This document shows, piece after piece, positions 39,545-51,746 of a stretch of 64,000 nucleotides of DNA (position 1 is its first letter; every line of letters starts with the position of its first letter). Both the position numbers and the translations under genes were made by a program. The notes beneath the pieces are model-generated. The model had not been told where the DNA came from. It ran no database searches and saw only the letters and a program-made list of their open reading frames with translations. Origin of the DNA: Macrostomum lignano (Eukaryota); assembly GCA_002269645.1 (NCBI GenBank), contig NIVC01000461.1, positions 186,001-250,000 of the forward strand, given 5' to 3'.

Positions 39545-40240
39545 TAGAAGCCAAATAGGTAACGATAGCAACCAGATTGGTAACGATAGCAACCAAATTG
39601 GTAACGATAGCAACCAGATTGGTAACGATAGCAACCAAATTGGTAACGATAGCAACCAGATTGGTAACGATAGCAACCAAATTGGTAACGATAGCAACCA
39701 GATTGGTAACGATAGCGACCAAATTTTTTACCCTAGCAACCAAATTTTTGACCCTAGCAACCAATTTTTTTACCCTAACAACCAAATTGGTAGCCCTAGC
39801 AACCAAATTGGTGACCATAGCAACCAAATTGGTGACCATAGCAACCAAATTGGCAACCCTAGCAAACAAATTGGCAACCCTAGCAACCAAATTGGCAACC
39901 CTAGCAACTAAATTGGTAAACCTAGCAACCAAATTAGTAACCCTAGCAACCAAATTGGTGACCATAGCAACCAAATTGGCAACCCTAGCAAACAAATTGG
40001 TAACCCTAGCAAACAAATTGGTGACCCTAGCAAACAAATTGGCAACCCTAGCAAACAAATTGGCAACCCTAGCAACTAAATTGGTAAACCTAGCAACCAA
40101 ATTAGTGACCCTAGCAACCAAATTGGTGACCATAGCAACCAAATTGGTAACCCTAGCAAACAAATTGGCAACCCTAGCAAACAAATTGGTAACCCTAGCA
40201 ACCAAATTGCTGACCCTAGCAACCAAATTCGTAATCCTAT
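39545..40240. repeat. 21-bp minisatellite, ~33 copies, units contain X-box-like motifs
   Basis: Units are TAGCAACCAAATTGGTAAC(GA/CC) and ...GGTGACCA. Confidence 0.95.
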
Positions 40241-41859
40241 CAACCGCAACTTGGCTACCCCTGAAACCGAATGTGCACTCTTTGGCAGCCAAATATTCAT
40301 AGATACACCTGACACTAAGTCGGGCGCTCTGTTCCCTTTTTGCACTTTTAGGGTGCACAGCTGGCATCGCTTGCGGCACCTACCGGAATTGAGGAACTGA
40401 GCGCCAAAGACCCGGCCGCTCTCCCATCTCCCTCTCGCACTCCAGACCCCCGAGAGCAGATTTATGATTACAGGGCTAAAGGGCAATAATTAATCTCGCC
40501 GAGTCCGAGAGAATCGAAAGCCTGTGCAAGCCTCAACATAGGAGAGTCCTGCAGTCCCCGCAGTCCAGGCCTCACCGCTGTTATTGGGCAAAAATGTGCT
40601 TAGCTATTAATGAAGCATAACACGCGTGGGAGCGACAAAAATGGCATTTACTAGGGTTGTAAAACTCCAACCCAGCAAATGGAATTATTGGGGCGTGGCC
40701 CCGGATCCTGATTTACTGGGACAAGTATTGCTGAGCGCCGTCCCTAGGGGGGCTGCGGCAGTGCGGCCTTAACGACTGCAGCTGGTGCTGATAAGCTCGG
40801 CTGCGAAAGCTGCCCCCCCAAGAGAAGGTAATGAAGCAAAACTGGCACTTCTTGCCTGGCGTATAGACCCCCCATGCACTGCCCAAATGTTGCCAATTCA
40901 GCAGCTGTTTATTCGACCTGGTAGCTGCTGGCTAAGTGCTGACCTTCAGTTGGTTGACTGTTTCTTCTGGGGCTAGTGATGTTGGGCAGGATGAAACCTG
41001 ATGACACACATTAAACATATGGCACTCCAGCTTTGCACACGTTCAGCTATAGAGGAGCTAGTATGGCTAAGCCTGATTGCACGCCAAGCTTTGCACACGC
41101 TCAATGATAGAGAGCTAGTATGGCTTAGCTTGATTGCACCAAGCTTTGCACACGCTTAACAATCGTTATTTCAGTATCCAAAGGCCCAGAGATGCGCATT
41201 CTTAATCCAAATAGAATAAATTAGCAAACGGTCAAGTGTTTGTTTACTCCTTAAATTTGCAAGCATCTCCCTCAGTGAGAATACGCAGATATAAGATTAG
41301 GATCAACGCCCTGCTCACATGCCCAAGTCTTCACGTGCTCTGCAGCTCTTCTCCCTTTGCATGCAGCTTCCCCATGCAGCCCGCAGTCAGCCAGCTGTCT
41401 TAAATTCAATCAGATTCCCCAGAGAGTTGCCTCAGTATCAAAGGCTCGCTCGGGCGCATGGCTTGTAAGCTGCATCGCTGCTGCCCCCCCCCCGGACTCC
41501 CCGCGGACCTCGATCCCTTCATTTGTCTCCAATTACTGCGCCACGACCAGCTGAACTGCGCGGTTTTACACACTTAATTTGAGCCAAAATCCTGTGCTGT
41601 GTCTATTTTTAGCACAGCCATTTCAAGCAGTTTCCCACTTGGGGATCACAGTGCTCAGCGTTGGAGTCATGGCAGGAACTTACCATCCAGAAGCCGTGAC
41701 CTCTAGTTGGTCTTCTGGGATTTTGATTTCTCGTTTTTGTATTTCTCTCCGACACTGACCTCGTTAATTAGCTTCAGCTCAACACTTAATTGCCAGATTC
41801 TTGATGCAACTGCGTTCTTACCAAGCGCTTCACTTTTGGTTTGATCTCCTAGTCTGGTA

Positions 41860-42510
41860 TACAGCCTCACTCTGATTGGCTGCAGCTGTTTTATAGTCTG
41901 GCATGCAGCCTCACTCTGATTGGCTGCCTGTTGCATAGTCTGGCATGCAGCTCACTTTGATTCGCTGCCAGCTTTCTAGTCTGGCATGCAGCCTCACTCT
42001 GATTGGCTGCAGCTGTTTTATAGTCTGGCATGCAGCCTCACTCTGATTGGCTGCCTGTTGCATAGTCTGGCATGCAGCTCACTTTGATTCGCTGCCAGCT
42101 TTCTAGTCTGGCATGCAGCCTCACTCTGATTGGCTGCAGCTGTTTTATAGTCTGGCATGCAGCCTCACTCTGATTGGCTGCCTGTTGCATAGTCTGGCAT
42201 GCAGCTCACTTTGATTCGCTGCCAGCTTTCTAGTCTGGCATGCAGCCTCACTCTGATTGGCTGTCTGTTGCATAGTCTGGCATGCAGCCTCACTCTGATT
42301 GGCTGTCTGTTGCATAGTCTGGCATGCAGCCTCACTCTGATTGGCTGTCTGTTGCATAGTCTGGCATGCAGCCTCACTCTGATTGGCTGTCTGTTGCATA
42401 GTCTGGCATGCAGCCTCACTCTGATTGGCTGTCTGTTGCATAGTCTGGCATGCAGCCTCACTCTGATTGGCTGCCCGTTTTCTAAGTCTGGCATGCAGTC
42501 TCACTCTGAA
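41860..42510. repeat. ~42-bp minisatellite with 127-bp trimeric higher-order repeat
   Basis: The unit is TCTGATTGGCTGTCTGTTGCATAGTCTGGCATGCAGCCTCAC. The marker TGCAGCTG falls at 41881, 42008 and 42135. Confidence 0.95.
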
Positions 42511-43069
42511 TCTTAAAGCTTCCATTCTTAAGTGGAGGCAAACTGTCAGAACTGCACACAGTGATAAAATTAATAAGGTTAGAACTCAGCAGTATATACT
42601 TGAGTAGAACAATTAATCGTCTATAGTCAGGCAATTTTATTTTAATAAAAAAACCTGTCTTAGGTAAATATAGAACGGACAGTATTAGCTATTGAATCGC
42701 AATTTCTTCTACTTGTTTGGAGTTTTATAAATTTAATAAATTCGCAAAAAAGGACAGCTAAAATCGCGAAGGTTGCCAGGCAGGAAGTTATCAAAAATAT
42801 TTATAGTTTAAAAAATCTGCATATCTCATTATTTGTATGAATAACATAAATATGAAAGGATCGCAGTTTTTACAACGACAATTTCAATAATGAAAGAATT
42901 TTCCAAATTACACTAGAAACTATGCAAATTACACTAGACATAAAGTCAGGTTTTGGGACTCAGTTATTGACAACCTAGCTGGAATGGACACACCCAATGT
43001 CAGTGGGACAGTTTCTGACACCAGCCAATGGACACACCCAATGTCAGTGGGACACACATGGTCTTGGAC

Positions 43070-43378
43070 ACAAGCCATGGACACACATGGTATTGAGCAC
43101 TTAGCCATGGACACACATGGTCTTGGACACTTAGCCATGGACACACATGGTCTTAGACACTTAGCCATGGACACACATGGTCTTGGACACTTAGCCATGG
43201 ACACACATGGTCTTGGACACTTAGCCATAGACACAAATGGTCTTGGGCACTTAGCCATGGACACATGTGGTCTTAGACACTTAGCCATGGACACACATGG
43301 TCTTGGACACTTAGCCATGGACACACATGGTCTTGGACACTTAGCCATGGACACATATGGTCTTGGACACTTAGCCAT
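43070..43378. repeat. 30-bp minisatellite, ~10 copies, downstream of STARD3
   Basis: The unit is CCATGGACACACATGGTCTTGGACACTTAG. Confidence 0.93.
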
Positions 43379-43606
43379 CGAAACGAAAACTGTTTTGAAC
43401 ACACTAGCCAATAGACACAAGTATTGCAATTTATCCTAAAAGATTCAGTGAAAGAATTGTGTTGCAGCGGACACAAAGAAGGGGGAACGAAGGGACACAG
43501 AAGGGCTGAGAGCAGGATGAGTCACAATACACACTAGAAAGACCAAATGTTAATGTCAGTAATGATGAACCGCAGGTGATATTCACAGCACCAGCCGCAG
43601 GCAGTC

Positions 43607-46600
43607 TCACATCGCTGGTGAGAGGCCTTCTTTCTGAGCGATTCGGCTGGCGTGGCTCTGCAGACTGGCGCCCAGCTGGGTCATGACACTGGTCATGGCC
43701 TGGTCAATGACCCGGGTGGGCACCCAGCCCTGTTGTGTTAGAAAATGTGGTGAGATGCTTTTAGAAATTTTCCTTAATTAATTTCAATCCCCAATCCCAT
43801 AGAAACCTAAATACCATAGAAATCCCATTCCCCAATACCATAGAAATCCCAATCCCCAATACCATAGAAATCCCATTCCCCAATACCATAGAAATCCCAT
43901 TCCCCAATACCATAGAAATCCCATTCCCGAATACCATAGAAATCCCATTCCCCAATACCATAGAAATCCCATTCCCCAATACCATAGAAATCCCAATCCC
44001 CAATACCATAGAAATCCCAATCCCCAATCCCGTAGAAATTCCATTCAACAATCCCATAGAAATTATTTTCCCCAATCCAATAGAAATCCCATTCCCAAAT
44101 TTCATAGAAATCCCATTCCCAAACTTCATAGAAATCCCATTCCCAAATTTCATAGAAATCCCACTCCCCAATCTCACAGAAATCCCAATCCTCAATCCCG
44201 TAGAAATCCCATTCCACAATCCCTTCCTTTCCCCAATCCAATAAAAATCCCATTCCCCAATACCATAGAAATCCCAATTTCCCAATCCTGTAGAAAGCCC
44301 ATTCTTCAATCTCATAAAAATTCCTTTCCCCAATCCAATAGAAATCCCATTCCCAAACTTCATAGAAATCCCATTCTCTAATTTTCATAGAAATCCCATT
44401 CCCCAATACCATAGAAATCCCATTCTCCAATCCCATAGAAATCCCATTCCCCAATACCATAGAAATCCCATTTCCCAATACCATAGAAATCCCATTCTCC
44501 AATCCCATAGAAATCCCATTCCCCAATACCATAGAAATCCCATTCTCCAATCCCATAGAAATCCCAATTCATAATCCCACAGAAATCCCAATCCCCAATC
44601 GCATAGCAACTCTGTAGAGACCAGCGCACCTTGATATCCGAGTCGACAATCCACACGAGCTGGCAGGCGCCGGGCCCATCCGGGATGCAGGCAATGCAGC
44701 CGGGATGATTCTCCCCCCGGGTGTAGCCGTCCATCTTGGGCATCAGCCCGGTCTCTATGGAGACGCCGCCAGTGTAACGAATGCCGTTCTCTCTGGACCG
44801 CCTGACGCACAGAGTGACAAAGTCGCGCGCCTTGATGAGGCCCCCGCCAGCCTCGGCGGTGGCATTGTGCACTATGGCCGTGTCGGAGTCCAGCCGGAGC
44901 AGCAGCCGCGAGAACTGCACCGTGGGATTCCAGTCGGCCTGCCGGTCCACCCGATCCCAGATTTCGCGGAAAGCTCGATCGGCAGAGATCGGCAGCCGGG
45001 TCTCCAGGCGCCAGGCTTTGCCAGACGGGCGGTGGCGCGAGCGCTGCGACAGGACCCGGACGGGCGGCCGGTCGTGGACGCAGCGCCAGCCAGCATCCTC
45101 CAGGGCCTGCCAGGACTCGTCAGCCAGGCGGGAGGCCCGGAGAGCCAGGCGGTGCCGCTGGAGCGGGTGATAATTGGGGTCATCGGTCATGGTGCTATCG
45201 GTCATGGCGTAATTGGCCAGAGGGTGATCGGTCATAACGCCATCGGTCATATGGTTATCGGCTATGGGGTCATTGGTCATGGGTAATTCATTGATCATGA
45301 GGCTATGGGTCAGGAGGCCGTTGTTCGTGGAGCCATCGGTTATATGGTCATCGGCTATGGGGTCATTGGTCATGTAGATCATTGGTCATGTAGACAATTA
45401 ATCATGTGGATCATTGGTCATGTAGATCATTGGTCATGTGAATCATTTATTGGTCATGTGAATCATTTATTGGTAATGTGAATCATTTATTGGTCATGTG
45501 GATCATTGTTCATGTAGATCATTGGTCATGTGGATCATTGTTCATGTAGATCATTGGTCATGTGGATCATTTATTGGTCATGTGGATCATTTATTGGTCA
45601 TGTGGATCATTTATTGGTCATGTGGATCATTGGTCATGTAGATCATTTATTGGTCATGTAGATCATTGGTCATAAAGATCATTGGTCATGTGAATCATTT
45701 ATTTGTCTTGTGGATCATTGGTCATGTAGATCATTGGTCATGTGGATCATTGGTCATGTGGATCATTGGTCATGTGGATCATTGGTCATCTCACTCCAAG
45801 CTGCAAAGAATCACTCCAAGCTGCAAAGAATCACTCCAAACCACAGAGAATCACTCTAAGCTGCAGAGTGTAAGTATTCGGTCATAAGCCATCATTGATC
45901 ATGGAGATTATTAAAGATAAAGATCATTGGTCCTGAAGGGGTCACTGATCATAGGGTCATCGGTCATGGTCTACGGTCATGGTCAACGGCCATAGATAGT
46001 AGTTAGTTAAGGGGTCATGAATTTTGGGGTCACCAGCCATGGGCTTATCTGAGGCTATACCTAGTAATACTGAAGGCCACTGTCATTTCATAACAGCCCC
46101 CGATCACGCGAATCGATACTAAATGCATACAGTAGTAAGGCTTGTAAAAAGATTTGCAATAAAATTTCAACTCTCACTTCCTCGATTGACAGCAGGCTGG
46201 AAGCTGCCACCTGGCTGTTGGCTGCCGCACCATCGTCCTCGTTGTCGGAGTCTGCATAAAAGTTTGAGTAAGCATTTATAATAATGTAAAATCATAAAAA
46301 CTGAGGCTTTGAACTTAACGATATTAAAATTTAATATAGAATACATGTAACACCTAGTAGACTACTAAGTTTCTTAGATCGCAACAAAATCTGCGAAAAT
46401 TTCCACTGCAAAATTGCTTTTGAGCTCTGAAGTCAGGTTTAGCCACAAAATAGACCTTATGACACTGCGCGCTTATGCCACTGCGCGCTTATGACACTGC
46501 GCACTTTTGACACTGCGCACCTATGACACTGCGCGCTTATGACACTGCGCACTTTTGACACTGCGCGCTTATGACACTGCGCGCTTATGAAACTGCGCAC

Positions 46601-49342
46601 TTATGACACTGCGCGCTTATGACACTGCGCGCTTATGAAACTGCGCGCTTATGACACTGCGCGCTTATGACACTGCGCGCTTGTCACTGCAAGCTTATGA
46701 CACTGCGCGCTTGTCACTGCAAGCTTATGACACTGCGCGCCTATGAAACTGCGCACTTATGACACTGCGCGCTTATGACACTGCGCGCTTATGATACTGC
46801 GCACTTATGAAACTGCGCGCTTATGACACTGCGCGCTTATGAAACTGCGCACTTATGACACTGCGTACTTTTGACACTGCGCGCTTATGAAACTGCGCGC
46901 TTATGAAACTGCGCGCTTATGACACTGCGTACTTTTGACACTGCGCGCTTGTCACTGCAAGCTTATGACACTGCGCGCTTATGAAACTGCGCACTTATGA
47001 AACTGCGCACTTATGACGCTGCGCGCTTATGACACTGCGCGCTTATGATACTGCGCACTTATGAAACTGCGCGTTTATGACGCTGCGCGCTTATGACACT
47101 GCGTACTTTTGACACTGCGCGCTTATGACACTGCGCGCTTATGACACTGCGCACTTATGACACTGCGCGCTTATGACATTGCGCGCTAATGATCCCACGC
47201 ACTTACGCAGCGCACTCAGTTAAAATTCATGCGGGAAAATCCCAGCCCAAAGAAACGAGTTTTAGCTCTTGGCTTTGTTGTTCTTTAGGAAACAAATCAT
47301 AACAAAATCTCACTATTAGGCGACGACTGCGGCGTAACGAAGCCCTCAGACGGCACAAACGAGTGCCGCAGGCCTCCCCTATAGACATATTCCGCCGTGA
47401 CAGAAGAGCTGCGGCCGCCACTAAGCAGAGGACTCCGTTCGTTGAGCTGTTCATCAGCCCGCTCCTTCGGCAGAACTTTGCAGTCTAGCAGGAAGGTTTC
47501 AATCCAAACTAAAACCAAACTCATTATTGGCAACAGATAGTCAAACACGCTGTGACCGTGATCGTACTGGAACAGAGAGATAATTACACAATTCTGCTTA
47601 GGCTAAATTTTATTCACTCATATAAACATTCATTCAAGCACCATGAAAACCTACATCGTAAAGTATGATCTTAACGATTATAAAGGCCGTGGAGAATGCG
47701 GTTGTGACCTGAAATTGTTTTTTTGGAACGGTAAATGAAGTCAAATAATTTAATATTCGAACCAGTCTACTAACCAGAGTGAGTGTAAGTAGTGGGCTTG
47801 AAACAAAATAAACGATAAAGAAAATGAAGAAACTTACGGCAACAACCCATGGACTTTGTAGTCGAAGGGCGGCGTAGAAAACTTCTAACAGGATGAATCT
47901 GACGAGGGACACCCCCTGCAAATGGGAATTTTGTAGATTAATAAACCGGGGCTGTTTGATCCCTGCCTGACAGCCTGAGAAGGTCAAGGCCGCTGAGACT
48001 CGGCAAATTGCCTGGCTACAAGTAATTAGTCCGATTGGCTGCCTGTTTTCTAGCCTAGCATGCCGCCTCACTCTGACTGGCTGCCTGTTTTCTGGCCTGG
48101 CATGCAGTCTCACTCTGATTGGCTGCCTGTTTTCTGGCCTAGCATGCCGCCTCACTCTGACTGGCTGCCTGTTTTCTGGCCTGGCATGCAGTCTCACTCT
48201 GATTGGCTGCCTGTTTTCTGGCCTAGCATGCCGCCTCACTCTGACTGGCTGCCTGTTTTCTGGCCTGGCATGCAGTCTCACTCTGATTGGCTGCTAGTTT
48301 TTTTAGCCTGGCATGCAGCCTCACTGACTGGCTGCCTGTTTTCTGGCCTGGCATGCAGTCTCACTCTGATTGGCTGCCTGTTTTCTGGCCTAGCATGCCG
48401 CCTCACTCTGACTGGCTGCCTGTTTTCTGGCCTGGCATGCAGTCTCACTCTGACTGGCTGCCTGTTTTCTGGCCTGGCATGCAGCCTCACTCTGACTGGC
48501 TGCCTGTTTTCTGGCCTGGCATGCAGTCTCACTCTGATTGGCTGCCAGTTTTCTGGCCTGGCATGCAGCCTCACTCTGATTGGCTGCCTGCTTTCTCATT
48601 AAGATTTTACAAGTAAAATCACAATTTTTATACAATTTCAATTCTCTTAGATGGACGCAATGCAAAAAGCAGACATTTCCAAAAAAAGATGTCTGAACTT
48701 TTGTCTGAAGAATATTGTTTTTGATGTGTTGACGATTCGTCAATATAATTATTGATCAAAACTAGCCAATGATAATAATAATACCTGATTACCCATGTCC
48801 CAATGGCCCGATGTGCAACCGACAGCTCAGCCGCAGCTATTGCGCGGCGCATCTACCGAGCGTAAAGGCTGCGTACGGCTGTTCAGTCCAAGGACTGGGG
48901 GGGGGGGGGTCGCCACACACACCCTCAATTTTACAGCTGGGTGAACTGAAGCGTTGCAATGAGGAATCGACAGTGGGAATTCTTTTTCTAAAACAGACAG
49001 ACAGACAGTCGAAGAAGGCAAAGATGGGCAATTCTGCATGGAAAGAAATGGTTGACACTGCTGAGCCTACAACTTGAACTTATCAGTCCAATATTCATTA
49101 TTAAGCAGCACACTGTAAATATTTGCGCTTACCACTAAATCAAAGACTGACGATGTAAACTGATAGTGCAACACCTGGTCGCGAATAGCTTTGCCCAAGT
49201 CTAAGCCAAGATACTTGGTGTAGAATATCCACAATATGCAGGTGAAAATCAGGTCGAACAGAACCAGTAGACAGAAGGCCCGGCGTAGTGTGCCGATCTT
49301 GCTGTGCCGACCAGAGTCAACAGAGGCGGCTGTGGCCTCCAT
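43607..49342 (-). CDS. STARD3: STARD3/MLN64 (MENTAL plus START domain sterol transfer protein), 7 coding exons, ~439 aa
   Basis: Exons 49133-49342, 47838-47915, 47655-47708, 47314-47566, 46178-46251, 44630-45157 and 43607-43729 have GT-AG boundaries, consistent phases, and total 1320 nt. MENTAL motifs are RRAFCLLVLFDL, FDYLLPIMSLVLVWIETFLLDCKVLP and SDNEDD. START motifs are WNPTV, ARDFV, RGENHPG, VWIVDSDIK|GWVP. A probable 5'UTR intron lies at 49371-49448. Confidence 0.93.
43790..44600. repeat. 24-bp minisatellite filling the last STARD3 intron
   Basis: The unit is CCATAGAAATCCCATTCCCCAATA. Confidence 0.94.
45180..45790. repeat. 16-20-bp repeat (GATCATTGGTCATGTG) with a degenerate GC-richer extension toward the START exon
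   Basis: Directly visible in STARD3 intron 45158-46177. Confidence 0.88.
46458..47190. repeat. 16-bp minisatellite (TGACACTGCGCGCTTA)n
   Basis: About 45 copies in STARD3 intron 46252-47313. Confidence 0.95.
48030..48590. repeat. 42-bp minisatellite, same family as 41860-42510
   Basis: The unit is TCTGATTGGCTGCCTGTTTTCTGGCCTGGCATGCAGTCTCAC. Confidence 0.94.
48772..48952 (-). mobile_element. 5'-truncated inverted copy of the same SINE (in STARD3 intron)
   Basis: The reverse complement matches 56881-57070 (GCTTCAG..CACCCAGCTGTAAAAT...GTGGCGACCCC..CAGTCCTTGGACTGAACAGCCGTA.GCAGCCTT...AGATGCGCCGCGCAATAGCTGCGGCTGAGCTGTCGGTTGCACATC) with an internal deletion and an (ATT)n tail. Confidence 0.85.
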
Positions 49343-49709
49343 GCCGGTCGCACTGTTGCTACTAGGGGCGCTGCAAGCAAAAGAAATTAGCAGCAAATTT
49401 CAGTTTTAGGCTTGCTTTTTCTGCTGCCCTTTTAGGCATTGGACTTACTCTGGTTAAAATTTTGTTTATCAGTTTAATAAAATCGCGCCACTAATGCACA
49501 GGCGGTGTATTGGGGTGTGCATGCGCGGAGAGAGACTGCGCTGTCAGTGTGCTAATTAAAACACATGTGTTTTTATTTTATCTTGATAAAATTTACATAT
49601 AACATATATTAAAACTATCAACTTAAAATTTCAATACGGACGCTACAACCTCATCTAAGAGCAGATAAATTCGGGCCTTAGATGACCAGATAAAATAGAA
49701 TACTTATAG

Positions 49710-49925
49710 AGCAGTCAGAATGCTTGTTGAGCAGTCAGAACATTTGTTGAGCGGTCAGTAGCTCGTTGAGCAGTCAGAATGCTTGTTGAGCAGTCAGAAT
49801 GCTTATTGAGCAGTCAGAATGCTTATTGAGTATTCATAATGCATATTGAGCAGTCAGAATGCATATTGAGCAGTCAGAATGCTTATTGAGTATTCATAAT
49901 GCATATTAAGTAGTCAGAATGCCTA
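49710..49925. repeat. 20-bp minisatellite upstream of STARD3
   Basis: The unit is GAGCAGTCAGAATGCTTATT. Confidence 0.88.
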
Positions 49926-51410
49926 GTAAGTAGCCAGATTGCAAACAAGTTATTGAATGAGTTTGTGAACTGCTTGAATTGCAGTTAAAAAATAATGTTT
50001 ATTAACACAGCTGATACACAGAAGTTGGTTAGAGATTCACACAGCATAGCAATCGCAGTCAGCATCTGTCTGCAAACTCACTGCACTTCATCCACAGTAA
50101 CAGCATTTACAGAAAGGCCGGCTGAGCTTGCTGGCAGTTGGAAATCTGTGACAGCTGTTGCACTGCTCTGCATTTTCAATCTATATTAAGCTTAATTGAC
50201 AGGTGGTGGTCACCCGTTCATGACTAATAACCACCAGTGCTGAAAGGAGAGACATCAGATAATTGCTAAAGCTGCACACAGCTTTTGGGTCAGTTCACCT
50301 AAAGTAAACAAACAAATATTTTAACTTGCATGCAACAGGAAGCTCCAATAGCACTATAAACAATATGAAACAAGATACACAGAATTTACCAACAAGGATA
50401 CTGTATGGTTAAAAAATAATATTAATATATTTCTTATAAATGGGTAAGCAAACTAAAATGATTTATAATAACAATGAGAGGAGTATATTCAATTTAATTA
50501 TAAAATTGTGTTTGAAATGTAAAATATGATATTACCTACTATTCTAAATAAGAAAGACTGTTTATGACATAGATATATAGAATATACACAACCTCCCTGA
50601 CTTATACCAGCCATGTGACTTACTTTTTGATCAACAAAGCAGCTTAACTATGAAAAAAACCTAAGCAAAATTAAGGTAACTTTGGGTAAATGGCAAAGTA
50701 ACTATATAACTGATTAATACAACTAAATATATTATAATCTAATTAGTCTTCTATATTTTTGGGTGGACATTTTTGCAACTTACATTGGCTGGACTCCTTG
50801 CTAGCTTATAGGATTGGCTAGCTTAGCTGGATATTATGTATATATATAGATAACATTAAATGGGTTATAACATTATACAAATATATACAAACTGCATTTT
50901 ACTATATAACTTATATCAGTTGTTTTCATTAATGTTTGACAAATAAAAATCATAAATATTGCTTTATATGGTTTGGCAAATATATAAAGTTTTCATGTTT
51001 TGTACTAGATGTAAGGTAAATCAAATCAATTGAATATTTGGTATGAATTTGATTCTAAATGCAAGACAACTTATTATACAACAAGTTATATTTTACAACT
51101 TGAATAATAATAAAAAGTAGCTTGTATGGATATAAAAGAGAGTAGAGGAAAGCAAAAAAATGATAGGATAATATGAAAAAATAATTGCCTTCATGCTATA
51201 TGAAAAGTAAGACTTAACATATAATTCCTACTACAAAGTAAATAGAAAGATAGACATATTGGGTTAGAGGCCCTTAAATTAGAAAAAAGATATGCTTGTT
51301 TCTCTCTATTCCTATATAAAATAGAAATAAGGGCTTATAAGGTTATAGGGTTATAAAACTTCAATTTTTATTAGCTAGACAATAAAATTCTGGAATGTGG
51401 ACATTGGGGA

Positions 51411-51746
51411 CAGTGGCAGCGCAGTATCTCTGGTTAGGGGGGCAGTAGTTAGGTGGTCACCCCCCTTCCCTTTAGGTGGTCACCCCCCTTCTAAGAAAGT
51501 AAAAAATTACGAAGAAATTATAACATAATTCTTACAAAATTAATGTACAACACAAAATTTCTTATAAAAATGCATTTTTAATTATTGATGCAAGTTGCAT
51601 AACAGGGGATGACCATCTGCCCTCCTTTCTTAGGGTCTTTTTGAGGGCCATGGGGATGGTAGGTCAGTCATCTCGCTTGAGGCAATGACCTGTGGTCACT
51701 TAGGGGCAGCTGCCCTCTCTGCCCCCCCCCCCCTGCGCCGCCACTG
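51411..51746. mobile_element. Non-autonomous hAT-type DNA transposon (MITE), 336 bp
   Basis: The 14-bp TIRs are CAGTGGCAGCGCAG and CTGCGCCGCCACTG (1 mismatch). A perfect 8-bp target-site duplication ATTGGGGA sits at 51403-51410 and 51747-51754. There is no ORF. Confidence 0.88.

Noticed and set aside
45158-45382. N-terminal extension (MIYMTNDP...) of the START exon in ORF 44378-45382
   Set aside because: It is a degenerate intronic repeat. The acceptor at 45158-45159 gives the correct phase and a protein length matching STARD3.
46458-47190. TGCGCGC/TGCGCAC as a metal-response-element array
   Set aside because: The 7-bp degenerate core TGCRCNC is easily matched by chance and nothing else supports it.
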